A stretch of 62,956 nucleotides of DNA, counting the filler. It is 3 parts of 3 records of this genome, joined end to end, with 100 filler letters (N's around TTAATTAATTAA, not from the genome) between each part and the next. Parts side by side here need not be neighbours in the genome. Positions count along the whole stretch, not along the records: positions 14,530 to 45,532 come from DRR723986_7996; positions 45,633 to 62,956 come from DRR723986_8010; 1 more part is not named here. One strand, given 5' to 3'. Below are positions 41,811 through 51,653 of this stretch, one piece after another (position 1 is the first letter of the stretch; each line of letters starts with the position of its first letter). The notes beneath the pieces were generated by a model. It worked only from the letters and a program-made list of their open reading frames with translations. It was not told where the DNA came from and ran no database searches. The translations under genes were made by a program, and so were the position numbers.

Positions 41811-43250
41811 TTAGTCGAGTGTGCCGATGGCAAATTCAACGGAATAGCGCGCCAGAAGGTAATTGTAGACAGCTGAAATGCGATCGATGCGTGTAGCGAT
41901 CAAACGATTATTTGCTGTTTGGTAATCCAGAATTGTTCCGGCGCCGACTTTAAATCGTTCGTCGGCGGCAAAGAAGTTTGCATTGGCAGATTTAAGTGAA
42001 CGCTCGGTAATTGAGAGTTCTTTTTCGGCCGAAGCCAGCTGCAGATATGCGCGTTGTAATTCGGTTGCTACTTGTTGTTCGATACGTTCAATTTCGATCG
42101 AACGTTGGGCAACATTTACTTCAGCACTTTGAATATTGCGGTTTACACTGAAACCGTTAAAAATTGGCACTCGCAGGCTGAGGCCAATGTAAGTGTTCCC
42201 GTCTGAAAAGTTAGCCAGTTCGTTGTCATTCCAGTTCCAGCCGGCGTTGGCGCCGATTTGCGGGAAGTAGCCACTCTGTGCTGTCGTTACTCCGGACTCA
42301 GCAGCTTCACGCGTTTTTTGCGCGGCCATAAGGTCCCGACGTTCAGCGACTGCACGCGCCAGTGCGGTTGGATATGTGCCGATTGAGCGGCGGAAGTTGT
42401 CCAGTTCTGCTGCAGGAATTTCGCTGGGCAGGTCGGCGTCGATAAAATCAGCGCTGGCGGCGGGGTCGCGACCCATGCTCGCAAGCAGTACGGCTTTGGC
42501 GATGTTGAAATCATTCTCGGCCTGGACCAGCTGTAGTTCTTTGGCGCCGATTTCGGCTTCCTGTGCATATACGGTAGCCGGCGGTACGGTTCCAACTTCA
42601 AGCTGGGTGTTAATCCGCCCGAGTTCTTCCTGCGCCAACTCAACGTCTTCACGCCGGATTTCAACTACCTGCTGTGCCCGCAGGACGGCGATGTAGTTTT
42701 GACGAACTGTTAACAAGGCCGCAGCGCGAGCATGCCCTACCGAGTGGTCAGTTGCAGCCAGCGCTGCCTTGGTGCGGTTGTAATTGCTCTCGCGGCTAAA
42801 GCCGTCAAAAAGTGTTAAGTCGGCACGGATACCCAGGTTGTAGTTGTTCGGATCAGCTGACTCAATTCGCTGAGAAATCCCGCCGAAGTTAACAGTGATT
42901 GAGTCTTCTGTGAACAGCTGGCGCGAATATCCACCGTTTATGTTAATACTTGGAAGAAAGTCTCCAAACGCGGCAGTTACGTCCGCTCCAGCCGATTGCA
43001 ATTGCGTCTGGGCATTGCGGATGTCAAGGTTGTTGTTTGACGCAACCTGCAGACACTCTTCCAGGGTGTAGGTCCGGTCGCTGCCGGTAGCCTGCGCATC
43101 CGCTGCAATTGGTGCCGCCAGGCCGGCAAACAGGAAAACAGCTGCCAGACGCTGCAAACTGCGTGAAAGGAATGCCGCTCGTGATTGCGAGTGGCGCGAA
43201 CCTGCGGCGCGTTCTGCACACCAAAAATTTGAATGCTTGAGTATCGACAT
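41811..43250 (-). CDS. TolC-family outer membrane efflux protein
   Basis: TLEECL..A..NN, FLPSIN, LFDG, YFPQI and RFKVG; first gene of the exporter operon; start uncertain. Confidence 0.9.
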   Translation of the reverse strand: MSILKHSNFWCAERAAGSRHSQSRAAFLSRSLQRLAAVFLFAGLAAPIAADAQATGSDRTYTLEECLQVASNNNLDIRNAQTQLQSAGADVTAAFGDFLPSININGGYSRQLFTEDSITVNFGGISQRIESADPNNYNLGIRADLTLFDGFSRESNYNRTKAALAATDHSVGHARAAALLTVRQNYIAVLRAQQVVEIRREDVELAQEELGRINTQLEVGTVPPATVYAQEAEIGAKELQLVQAENDFNIAKAVLLASMGRDPAASADFIDADLPSEIPAAELDNFRRSIGTYPTALARAVAERRDLMAAQKTREAAESGVTTAQSGYFPQIGANAGWNWNDNELANFSDGNTYIGLSLRVPIFNGFSVNRNIQSAEVNVAQRSIEIERIEQQVATELQRAYLQLASAEKELSITERSLKSANANFFAADERFKVGAGTILDYQTANNRLIATRIDRISAVYNYLLARYSVEFAIGTLD

Positions 43251-43439
43251 ATGCTGAACTTGGATGTGGGAGAAATCAAACGTCAATCTGGACTACACGA
43301 TTTATTGCGCCATGCAATTTACGGGGGCTCATAACGAACACCAATTTGAAATGTTACATTTATATAGATGGGCCACCTTCCTGGCCGGTAATTCTGCCTC
43401 TGATTTTGACGCTGAGCCCGATGCTGAAGTGACTCCAGT

Positions 43440-44336
43440 ATGATCTACTATACCGATACATTTGAGCTGCCGCTGCCGGCCGGGCATCGCTTCCCGATTG
43501 ACAAGTATCGCATGTTGCGTGAGGCATTGCTGGACCAGGGCATCGTAACGCGGAATACGCTGCTGCAGGCGCGTCTGGCAAGCGCGGAACAGGTGGCTCT
43601 GGTGCACGATCCGCTCTACGTGCAGGCCGTGATGGACGGAAGCCTGGAGCGCCGGAAACAGCGCCGGATCGGACTGCCCTGGAGCGAAGGATTTGTGCGG
43701 CGCACATTGGCATCGGTCGGCGCTACAATTCAGGCTGCGCAGTCCGCGCTCTACCACGGATATGCCGCCGCACTTTCCGGTGGCACACACCATGCTTTCC
43801 GCGATTTTGGTGAAGGCTACTGTGTGTTCAATGATGTTGCGGTCGCAATTGCTGTTCTGCGCGGTGAAGGCCGCGCGCGCCGTCCGGCAATCGTGGATCT
43901 GGACGTCCACCAGGGCAACGGCACGGCGGCAATGTTCGAGCACGATGCCCAGGCTTACACCCTAAGCGTGCATGGCGAAGGCAATTTTCCCTTCCGCAAG
44001 TATCCTTCACGTCGTGATGTTGCCTTGCCGGATGCCTGTGACGACAAACTGTACCTGGCGGCGCTGCAGCCGGAGCTGGAAAGAGTACGGGATTTCGGGC
44101 CGGATATATTGTTTTATCAGGCGGGCGTGGACGTAATTGAACAAGACAGTCTGGGGCGATTGAATATCAGTCTGGCGGGTGTTGAGCGCCGCGACAGTAT
44201 GGTGGCAGAATTGGCGCGCGATTTACAGGTGCCGTTGGTGATGACGATGGGCGGCGGTTATGCCAAGCCGATAGATCACACCGTGGCAGCACATTGCGTG
44301 AGCCACCGCGTGATGCGCAGTGCCTTCCTTGAATGA
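43440..44336 (+). CDS. Histone deacetylase family (Zn-dependent) deacetylase
   Basis: HRFP, GGTHHA, DLDVHQGNG and GGGY motifs. Confidence 0.93.
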   Translation: MIYYTDTFELPLPAGHRFPIDKYRMLREALLDQGIVTRNTLLQARLASAEQVALVHDPLYVQAVMDGSLERRKQRRIGLPWSEGFVRRTLASVGATIQAAQSALYHGYAAALSGGTHHAFRDFGEGYCVFNDVAVAIAVLRGEGRARRPAIVDLDVHQGNGTAAMFEHDAQAYTLSVHGEGNFPFRKYPSRRDVALPDACDDKLYLAALQPELERVRDFGPDILFYQAGVDVIEQDSLGRLNISLAGVERRDSMVAELARDLQVPLVMTMGGGYAKPIDHTVAAHCVSHRVMRSAFLE

Positions 44337-44387
44337 GGCAGTCAGTTATAGCGGAGAAGCTGCGGGCACAGCTAATGCTTTAAAATC

Positions 44388-44427
44388 AAAAAAGCGAGCC
44401 ACCGTATGTGACTCGCTTGTAATTTTT
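44388..44427. terminator. Hairpin terminator between convergent genes
   Basis: AAGCGAGCCAC-cgtat-GTGACTCGCTT with A/T flanks. Confidence 0.6.
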
Positions 44428-44449
44428 GCTGCTCCTGGTCTCGTCGAAA

Positions 44450-44833
44450 TCATTTCTTGCGGCGGCTGCCGACGCGGTAGACAATTTTGCGTAGAGTGTC
44501 GAACTGCAAGTAAGGGTACAATTGCTGCAATTTTTCAATTGCGAGCGTGGTATTCATTGACTGACGGAATTCCTTGAAGGATTTGCGAATGTGGTAGTCA
44601 CGAATCGCTTTCTCGTCAAATAGCCCATGTTCCTGAAGTGCGTAGTACACTTCGTCCGATACCAAATCGCTCAGAACGTTGTTGTCGAGCGTGTCTTCCG
44701 GGTCATTGCTGTCATGTCGCTGATCTTGCGGGGTGATCTTCGATAATGGAAGTACTCCGACTTGTCTGGACTGCATTTTTTCCAACATATTTACTCTCCC
44801 TGAATTAGAGCCTACAATAGTAATGTTCGGCAT
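44450..44833 (-). CDS. Hypothetical protein with a possible helical DNA-binding C-terminus
   Basis: DEKAIRDYHIRK...YPYLQFDTLRKIVY with a basic tail; the start may be at 44788. Confidence 0.65.
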   Translation of the reverse strand: MPNITIVGSNSGRVNMLEKMQSRQVGVLPLSKITPQDQRHDSNDPEDTLDNNVLSDLVSDEVYYALQEHGLFDEKAIRDYHIRKSFKEFRQSMNTTLAIEKLQQLYPYLQFDTLRKIVYRVGSRRKK

Positions 44834-45423
44834 TGAGTGCGCAGTGCCATAACTAGTCGCAAGTGTATCGATAAGGCCTCCATCATGATTTCGAAATGCC
44901 GGGTTCTGTACCGGCGACGGAGATAAGACACACGATTTGAAAAATGGTTACAGAGTTTCTGTATTAATTTTTCATTGATTTTGTCATGGTGTCGGCGTCC
45001 TTGGAGTGCTTGTGGAAGTTCTTCCACACTTTTCTCTAATTTGTCAGTTATGCTGACGAATCTAGACACATTTGATGCCGACTGTTGCGCAGGTACGTCT
45101 CCTGCCTGTTGCTTAAATTTACAGTGGCCAATTTGACATCTATTCAATAGCCAGTCCAGTGAGAAAAAGTGAACGGGGAGTAAATCGCCGTGAACGGGCA
45201 GGAAAACAGAAAGATCGGGAAATCTTGTGCGGTGTTGTTGTGACAGCGCGGAAACTTTGAGCCGCAGAAATCAGCAATGTGTTTGCTGATTTCCGCGTAA
45301 TCGAACACTATAGTATAGTAGTTATGTGTGTAGCAGGGAAGATCGCTACTTGAATCTGGATTCCCTGAATTTGCTGCCAAATCAAGAAAAAATTGAATAA
45401 TCTGCACGGAAGTGCAAAAAATG

Positions 45424-45455
45424 TTTGCAAAAGATATCTGGACCCCATAAGTTTG
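45424..45455 (+). promoter_or_regulatory. Bacteroidota-type housekeeping promoter for tRNA-Gln
   Basis: TTTG-N20-TAAGTTTG matches the -33/-7 TTTG / TAnnTTTG consensus, about 30 nt before the tRNA. Confidence 0.55.
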
Positions 45456-45485
45456 CAGTTCTCTATTGACGAGCAATCGTCAGAC

Positions 45486-45532
45486 AGGGCCGTCGCCAAG
45501 CGGTAAGGCACCGGTTTTTGGTACCGGCATTC
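45486..45532 (+). tRNA. tRNA-Gln(TTG), 3' part cut by the contig end
   Basis: AGGGCCG-TC-GCCAAGCGGTAAGGC (D arm)-A-CCGGT-TT-TTG-GT-ACCGG (anticodon arm)-CATTC. Confidence 0.9.
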
Positions 45533-45632
45533 NNNNNNNNNNNNNNNNNNNNNNNNNNNNNNNNNNNNNNNNNNNNTTAATTAATTAANNNNNNNNNNNN
45601 NNNNNNNNNNNNNNNNNNNNNNNNNNNNNNNN
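45533..45632. other. Artificial contig linker
   Basis: N run with TTAATTAATTAA at 45577-45588. Confidence 0.98.
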
Positions 45633-45669
45633 CTCCCGAGCCGATACCTAATGCTGAAATATTTGCCAT
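45633..45669 (-). CDS. fliD: Flagellar cap FliD, N-terminal fragment
   Basis: MANISALGIGSG after GAGGAGG; fliC-flaG-fliD synteny. Confidence 0.85.
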
Positions 45670-45710
45670 AACCATGCCTCCTCAAGGGGGCGCTTCGCTT
45701 ACTTAGTCCT

Positions 45711-45737
45711 TTATCGGCTGCCAGCGGCAAAACTTTG
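45711..45737 (-). promoter_or_regulatory. Sigma28 promoter of fliD
   Basis: CAAA-N15-GCCGATAA on the minus strand. Confidence 0.75.
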
Positions 45738-45809
45738 CCTATATTTCGGCTAACCACTACACCAATTTGTAACACCCTGTAACGAACAGTCTAGCACCGT
45801 ATAAAGCAG

Positions 45810-45844
45810 AACACCGCCGGACCCTGTCAGGGTGCGGCGGTGCT
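45810..45844 (-). terminator. Hairpin between flaG and fliD
   Basis: CACCGCCG...CGGCGGTG stem with a weak U tail. Confidence 0.5.
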
Positions 45845-45885
45845 GAAATACCGTTGTCTGGCATCCGCGTAAAAGCGGCAAGCTT

Positions 45886-46320
45886 TTACACTTTGATGTT
45901 AAACAACGTCAGCGGTTCATCCTGCTGCAATTTTTCTGCCAACCTCATTGCCACTTCGTCCGGGATCTGACGGATGACTTCCTGGGTGCTCTGATCAACC
46001 ACTTTAACAATGGTCTGCCCCATCTCGCTATCCACCTCAAACTGAAGATCCCGCTGCACATTCTGCACGAAATCATTCAATTGGCTCACCGCATCATTCA
46101 ATTCATCCCGCTGCGCTTCCGAACGAGCCTGAAGCTTCTCGGCTCTGGATGTCTCAGTCGCGGCCTGCGGGCTCTGAATGGCTGAGCCACTCGAACCTGA
46201 AGCAGCAAGGTCAGGGGCTTTTCCGCCCTCGGCCTGAGATGACGACAGTGCCTTCCCCGGAGCCTGGGCGTTGGAACGCACCAGCTTGAGATCCGGGTTA
46301 TTCAGGTTAACGTCATTCAT
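45886..46320 (-). CDS. flaG: Flagellar protein FlaG
   Basis: LQFEVD...VKVVD..EVIRQIPDE; lies between flagellin and fliD. Confidence 0.93.
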   Translation of the reverse strand: MNDVNLNNPDLKLVRSNAQAPGKALSSSQAEGGKAPDLAASGSSGSAIQSPQAATETSRAEKLQARSEAQRDELNDAVSQLNDFVQNVQRDLQFEVDSEMGQTIVKVVDQSTQEVIRQIPDEVAMRLAEKLQQDEPLTLFNIKV

Positions 46321-46350
46321 AGCTTTACCTCGCTATTCCTCTAACGGCGT

Positions 46351-46375
46351 AAAGCCGGAACCCGAAGGTTCCGGC
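46351..46375 (-). terminator. UUCG hairpin after flagellin (partial terminator or stabiliser)
   Basis: GCCGGAACC-TTCG-GGTTCCGGC-TTT on the minus strand. Confidence 0.6.
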
Positions 46376-46391
46376 CGTTACCGCCAAGCCC

Positions 46392-47879
46392 TTACTGCAG
46401 CAGAGACAGAACCTGCTGAGGACGGGCGTTCGCCTGAGCCAGGACGGAGATACCGGCCTGCTGCAGCACCTGGGCCTTGGACAGCTTGGCTGTCTCAGCC
46501 GCGAAGTCCGCGTCCAGAATCCGGCTCTGAGCGGCGCTCAGGTTGGTGCTGGTGGACTCCAGGTTGGAGATGGTGCTTTCGAAGCGGCTCTGGATCGCAC
46601 CAAACTTCGCACGCTGGGAGTTAATGGTGTTCAGTGCCGCATCTACGGTCTTCAGGGCCTGGGTCGCGCTCTCGAAAGAGGAGATGTCCAGATCAGACAC
46701 CTTGCGCAACTCAGAACCAGTATCCGCGAAGGCATTAGAGCTTGTGACATCTACCGCGAAGGAGCGATCAGAATCCAGCTGCAGATAGCCACTGGTTGCC
46801 ACATCTTCAGCGGTGGTGTCCGCAGTCAGGGTTGCCGCACCACCTGCATCCTGGAGCGCACCCTCGTCATCACGGAACTGCTTGGTAATAGTCACGTTAC
46901 CGGCATTCTGTACCCCAGTGTCGCCAACCACGATATCCGCACCCGTTTCGTTGGTCAGGACGATGGAGGCACCATCCTCGGCAACTTCTGCGGTGATACC
47001 GGTCTTGGAAGACTGGTCATTGATCGCCGCTACCGCAGCAGACAGAGAATCCTGGCCGCTGGTTGCGTCAATGGTGAAGGACACAGACTGAGCTTCGCTG
47101 TTGTCCGCAGTCAGATTCAGGGTATAGCTACCAGAAGCTGCGAAGGCCAGATCCACTTCGGTACGGGCCGTGGCGGTTACGCCAGTGTCTGCAGTCTTGG
47201 AGTTAATATCGGCAGCGATATCCTTGGATGTCGCGTTGGCCGCAACGCTGATGGTTTCTGAACCCAGGTAGCCGTTGATGGCCACAGAACCGGAAGACAC
47301 GCCATTCACCGCGCCACCACCAGAAGCGGCTGTGCCAGCTGCTGCACCGCTCGCGATCACCTGGTTGTTACCATACTTGTCGGTACGCAGGTTGGAGGTA
47401 GAGGCAGAAATAGTTTCGTTGGCGTTGGCACCAACCTGGAACTGGGCGGAGCCGAAAGTACCGTCGAAGAGCTTCTGGCCGTTGAAGTTGGTAGTTGTTG
47501 CAATACGATCCAACTCAGAAACCAACTGGTTTACTTCGTCCTGCAGAGCCTGACGATCAGAGGAAGAGTTGGAAGCGTTAGCAGACTGAACCGCCAGCTC
47601 ACGAACACGCTGCAGGATGTTACCTGCCTCGCCCAAGGCACCTTCTGCGGTCTGCGCCAGAGAGATACCGTCATTGGCGTTACGGGTTGCCTGGTTCAGA
47701 CCACGGATCTGAGCTTCGAAGCGGTTGGAAATCGCCAGACCGGCCGCGTCGTCTTTGGCAGAGTTAATGCGCAGACCTGAGGACAAACGCTCCAGAGCCT
47801 GATTGGACTGGTTCTGGGATTTGTTCAGCTGGTTCTGAGCGGACAATGAAGCAACGTTAGTGTTAATACCGAGAGCCAT
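46392..47879 (-). CDS. fliC: Flagellin (probable major, sigma28-dependent)
   Basis: [25 protein letters not shown] and DADFAAE..QVLQQAG..VLSLL. Confidence 0.97.
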   Translation of the reverse strand: MALGINTNVASLSAQNQLNKSQNQSNQALERLSSGLRINSAKDDAAGLAISNRFEAQIRGLNQATRNANDGISLAQTAEGALGEAGNILQRVRELAVQSANASNSSSDRQALQDEVNQLVSELDRIATTTNFNGQKLFDGTFGSAQFQVGANANETISASTSNLRTDKYGNNQVIASGAAAGTAASGGGAVNGVSSGSVAINGYLGSETISVAANATSKDIAADINSKTADTGVTATARTEVDLAFAASGSYTLNLTADNSEAQSVSFTIDATSGQDSLSAAVAAINDQSSKTGITAEVAEDGASIVLTNETGADIVVGDTGVQNAGNVTITKQFRDDEGALQDAGGAATLTADTTAEDVATSGYLQLDSDRSFAVDVTSSNAFADTGSELRKVSDLDISSFESATQALKTVDAALNTINSQRAKFGAIQSRFESTISNLESTSTNLSAAQSRILDADFAAETAKLSKAQVLQQAGISVLAQANARPQQVLSLLQ

Positions 47880-47964
47880 AATGCTTCTCCTTCGACTGAT
47901 GTCGTTTTCTCTTGAAACGGTCTGGCGCCCGATTCAAGTTTGGAGCGCCGCCCTGTTATTCCAC

Positions 47965-47991
47965 TTAACGGCACGCTCAGACTCTCCTTTA
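47965..47991 (-). promoter_or_regulatory. Sigma28 promoter of flagellin
   Basis: TAAA-N15-GCCGTTAA on the minus strand. Confidence 0.8.
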
Positions 47992-48029
47992 GAAAAAATT
48001 TCGCTTCTTCTGTAAAAAAATGTAAGACA

Positions 48030-51000
48030 TCAGAATTTAGTCCAGGCATTCAGCCAGAGCTTCAGATTGTCGCCTGACAGCATCCACTTTTCACGCACAC
48101 TCTGCTTGAGCTTGTCACCCGCCCGGGCGGTCGCTTTCATATCCGAAAGATGCATTCGAATAGCATCGACCCAATCCTTGAAGCGGTTTTTTACGAGCGT
48201 GACCGGTAATCCGTGTGCCCGATACGGTTCGACATCGCTGCACACCACAGGATAACCACAGGCCCCGTACTCCAGCAGTCTCAGGTTACTCTTGCAACGA
48301 TTGAACAGGTTGTCTTCCAGTGGCGCTATAGCCAGGTCCAGATTCAAACTGGCCAGCTTTCGCGGATACCGCGAAATCTCGATCCCCTCATGAACCTCTG
48401 CGACAAATGGACGAAGCTTGTCCGGGCACATGCCAAAGAACACCCACTCGACCTCATCAGCCAGTTCCTGCACAACCGCTTCAACCAGTTCGAGGTCACC
48501 GGTGTGCCCCATACCACCTGCCCAGCCCACCCTGGGCTTTTCGGACTGGCGCCTCAGGCTTTCCAGGTCCCCCCACCACGCCACCGGCAAACGGTTTTCA
48601 ACCACCTGGATATCCGGGTGCATTCCTGAAAATGCCTCTGCCAGCGGGTAAGTTGAAACAACAAACCGATCCACATACTTCAAGGAACGACGCAAGGACT
48701 TCAATATATCCCGGGGCATGTTTTCCCGGTACGCACTTTTGATCGGCAAATTCGGTAAATAGTCGTCGAGCTCGAAGACTGTCGGCTTCTTCAGTATCCG
48801 ACGGGCTGATTGCATGTGCTCCACAGCCTGATCGGTGATCTGTCGCTGATACACCAGGACATCGGGATCCAACCGGGCCATTTCAGCAATGCTAAGCCAG
48901 TCAAAATCCGCCATGCCGCCTGCTACGGCTTCTTCTTTCATGGCCAGTAACGGCTGCATGATCCGGTAGTGACCACAGCCCCAGGGATCCGCAGGGTGAG
49001 CAAGAATGGTGGAGAGTCCCAGGGCCTTCTGTGGCTGCCAGTTCAGCTCCACACGATGATCCACCTCAAATCCATTCGCTCTCAACGACAGGTTTCTGTT
49101 GAAAGCGGGGTCGTTGCCCATGTAGGGCAACCAGCGTTGAAACATCGCTTCCTGCTCTTTCTGAAAGCGACGAACCTTGTGCTCGTCGGCTGTTTTATCG
49201 ACCGAGGTCTGACTGGCATTGGCAACATGCATCACCAGCGCATGGGGGGTCCAAACGCTCAGATAACCGGCCTGAGCCACTTTCAGACAGAAATCGATAT
49301 CGTTGTAGGAGACGGCAAAGGCCTCCTCGTCCAATCCTCCAACCTGCTCGTAAACTGATTTTCTGACCAGCATGCAGGCGCCAGTCACAGCCGAGTAATT
49401 CTGGTCGACCATGAGTCGGTTCATATAACCGGGGGCATTGGCCTCAGCATCAATACAAATATGCTCAGCCGGCCCCCTCATGCCCACGACAACGCCGGCG
49501 TGTTGAACCTTGCCGTTGGGGAACAACAGCTTGGCGCCAACAATGCCCACTTCCGGTCTTTGAGCATGGTTCATCAAGGCGTCGAGCCAGTCCTCTTTTA
49601 TGATTCCTGTGTCGTTATTGAGCAGCAGAACGTAGTCTCCCCGGCTTTGCGTTACCGCAAAATTGTTAATGGCCGAGAAATTAAAGGGCTTCGGATAGCG
49701 AAGCACGCGAAGGTTGGGCAGGCCCATACTGTTGAGGCCATCAAGCCATGCGCGCGCTTCCGGCGTTTCGCTGTTGTTGTCCACCACCAGAATTTCGTAA
49801 TTCGGGTAGGCGGTCTTTTCGAGAATAGATTCAACACAGGTTTGCAGCAGATGTAGCTGGTCCTTGGTAGGAATAATGATCGACACAAGGGGTGCGCCGG
49901 CATGGGGGTAGCGAACCCGCAGACTGCTTGAGGTCAAGCCCGGCTCAATTCCGGCACCAGCATACCCTCGGCGTTCCAGATGACTTCGGATCACTGGTAC
50001 GTATGCAGCCAGGTCGAACGTCTGCGTCCCCGCGTGCAGCAGAAACAGGGGCTCGTCGGTACGGCCGATACAACCGAACCCCCGCTCTTCTATAAGACGC
50101 AGGATGTAACCGAGCTCAAAAGCACTGTCATCGTCTTTGCTGAACCCACCAAGCTCGACCAGCGTTTCCCGGCGAAACAGCCAATGCCTAGACATATCGG
50201 CCGGTGAACTGAGCAACATATCGAGGTTCAGGCCTGGTCGGAAATAGCCGCTTTCGGTCTTGCCATTGTTTTCGACCAGCTCGTCACCATAAGCGGCATC
50301 CAGCGCTGCACCAGAAGACTCAAGCTCAGCCAACAACAACACCAGGCCCGCCGGGGTCAACTCGGAAGGCGTTCTGGCCACCACCAACCAGTCACTCTTG
50401 AGATCAGAGGCAGCCGCTCCGTTAAGCACCGAGATCAGGTCTGAACGGTCGTATTCGGCAAAGGAAACGTCCTGAAACAGCTCCTTCCGGTAGAACGACT
50501 CATCCGGGGTGAGCACCAGACACGACAGTGAGGGGCAGTAGTAGCGTGCGATCCTGAATGCCAGTACAGAAATATTAAGGTTGTAATCCTCCGGCTCTTC
50601 ATCGATCAGAACCAGGCACAGGGATTGTCGTGCCGCGGTTGTCTCCAGACGTTTGGCCAGAGGAATGGACAACTCACGCTGCCCGTACCAGTTATCGAGA
50701 CTTATCACGCCGCCTGGGCGACCACACTCTTCGGTACGTCGCTCGAGGTCGGAAAAGGACATCAAACCAGCGTCATCAATACCTCCGGCTTTTTGGTAAA
50801 AGCCCTTGAAATCGACTTTCTGGAAGTTGCTGTTTTGATCCCAAAGAGGTTTGGCCTGAACCTGCCCTTCCGGTTTGATCTCCCCGCCCAGCATTGCGTC
50901 CAACTGGGCCAGGAAGGCTTTGCGGCCATTTTCACCGAGTGTCTGAGCGCTTGCGTGGCGTTGATTCTGACCAGCGTGAATACGGAAACAGGATAAATGC

Positions 51001-51653
51001 TCCTGCACGTACCCAAGATCACCCACCATCAACAACCGGGCATAAACAGCCAGGTCGTTGACCGATGTGATCAGGCGATTGTTCAGGGCGCTCAAATGGG
51101 GATACGCGCCCAGCAGGTCTCTTCGGCGAACCATGATAGTGCTGGGCTCACCAATGAAATTGATTGGAAACACCCGGAAAAACTCGAGCACGTCTTTGCC
51201 AAGTAACCGTGCGTCTTCGCGGACCGGCATAAGGTTAAAGAGCCGATCCTGAAGCGCATTGCCGGAGTCATCAATCAGCTTCCGCCGTGAGGTGGCCAGA
51301 ATAACGCCCGGCTGCTCCAGCGCCGACCTGAGTCTGACCACGCAGTTTTCCGCCAGCACGTCATCGTCGTTGAGGAACTTGATGTAGTGCCCACGGCTGA
51401 GGCGAACGCCGTAATCCATTCCGACAAGGCCACCCAACTGTGTTGCGGACTTGATGTAGCGGATGCGAGCGTCATCATAACCAGTGACGACATCAGCCAC
51501 CGAGTTATCAGCACAGTCATCCATCACCAGGATTTCGAAGTCCTCAACGTCTTTCTGAGCGTAGATGGAATCAATGGCCTCTCGCAGAAACCTGGCCTTG
51601 AAAGCCGTGATGATAAAACTTACGGCCAGGGTTTCGTTTTGCTGATCTGTCAT
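48030..51653 (-). CDS. Multi-domain flagellin glycosyltransferase (FgtA/Fgt1-like; two GT2 domains plus a GT-B-like C-terminus)
   Basis: GT2 motifs FLNDDD and LLNNDT..AVTGAC..NDIDFC; C-terminal GCGHYR..KSNLRLLEYG; adjacent to flagellin. Confidence 0.88.
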   Translation of the reverse strand: MTDQQNETLAVSFIITAFKARFLREAIDSIYAQKDVEDFEILVMDDCADNSVADVVTGYDDARIRYIKSATQLGGLVGMDYGVRLSRGHYIKFLNDDDVLAENCVVRLRSALEQPGVILATSRRKLIDDSGNALQDRLFNLMPVREDARLLGKDVLEFFRVFPINFIGEPSTIMVRRRDLLGAYPHLSALNNRLITSVNDLAVYARLLMVGDLGYVQEHLSCFRIHAGQNQRHASAQTLGENGRKAFLAQLDAMLGGEIKPEGQVQAKPLWDQNSNFQKVDFKGFYQKAGGIDDAGLMSFSDLERRTEECGRPGGVISLDNWYGQRELSIPLAKRLETTAARQSLCLVLIDEEPEDYNLNISVLAFRIARYYCPSLSCLVLTPDESFYRKELFQDVSFAEYDRSDLISVLNGAAASDLKSDWLVVARTPSELTPAGLVLLLAELESSGAALDAAYGDELVENNGKTESGYFRPGLNLDMLLSSPADMSRHWLFRRETLVELGGFSKDDDSAFELGYILRLIEERGFGCIGRTDEPLFLLHAGTQTFDLAAYVPVIRSHLERRGYAGAGIEPGLTSSSLRVRYPHAGAPLVSIIIPTKDQLHLLQTCVESILEKTAYPNYEILVVDNNSETPEARAWLDGLNSMGLPNLRVLRYPKPFNFSAINNFAVTQSRGDYVLLLNNDTGIIKEDWLDALMNHAQRPEVGIVGAKLLFPNGKVQHAGVVVGMRGPAEHICIDAEANAPGYMNRLMVDQNYSAVTGACMLVRKSVYEQVGGLDEEAFAVSYNDIDFCLKVAQAGYLSVWTPHALVMHVANASQTSVDKTADEHKVRRFQKEQEAMFQRWLPYMGNDPAFNRNLSLRANGFEVDHRVELNWQPQKALGLSTILAHPADPWGCGHYRIMQPLLAMKEEAVAGGMADFDWLSIAEMARLDPDVLVYQRQITDQAVEHMQSARRILKKPTVFELDDYLPNLPIKSAYRENMPRDILKSLRRSLKYVDRFVVSTYPLAEAFSGMHPDIQVVENRLPVAWWGDLESLRRQSEKPRVGWAGGMGHTGDLELVEAVVQELADEVEWVFFGMCPDKLRPFVAEVHEGIEISRYPRKLASLNLDLAIAPLEDNLFNRCKSNLRLLEYGACGYPVVCSDVEPYRAHGLPVTLVKNRFKDWVDAIRMHLSDMKATARAGDKLKQSVREKWMLSGDNLKLWLNAWTKF

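Noticed and set aside
44812-45511. Short minus-strand ORFs upstream of tRNA-Gln
   Set aside because: No motifs or convincing RBS; more consistent with AT-rich intergenic DNA.
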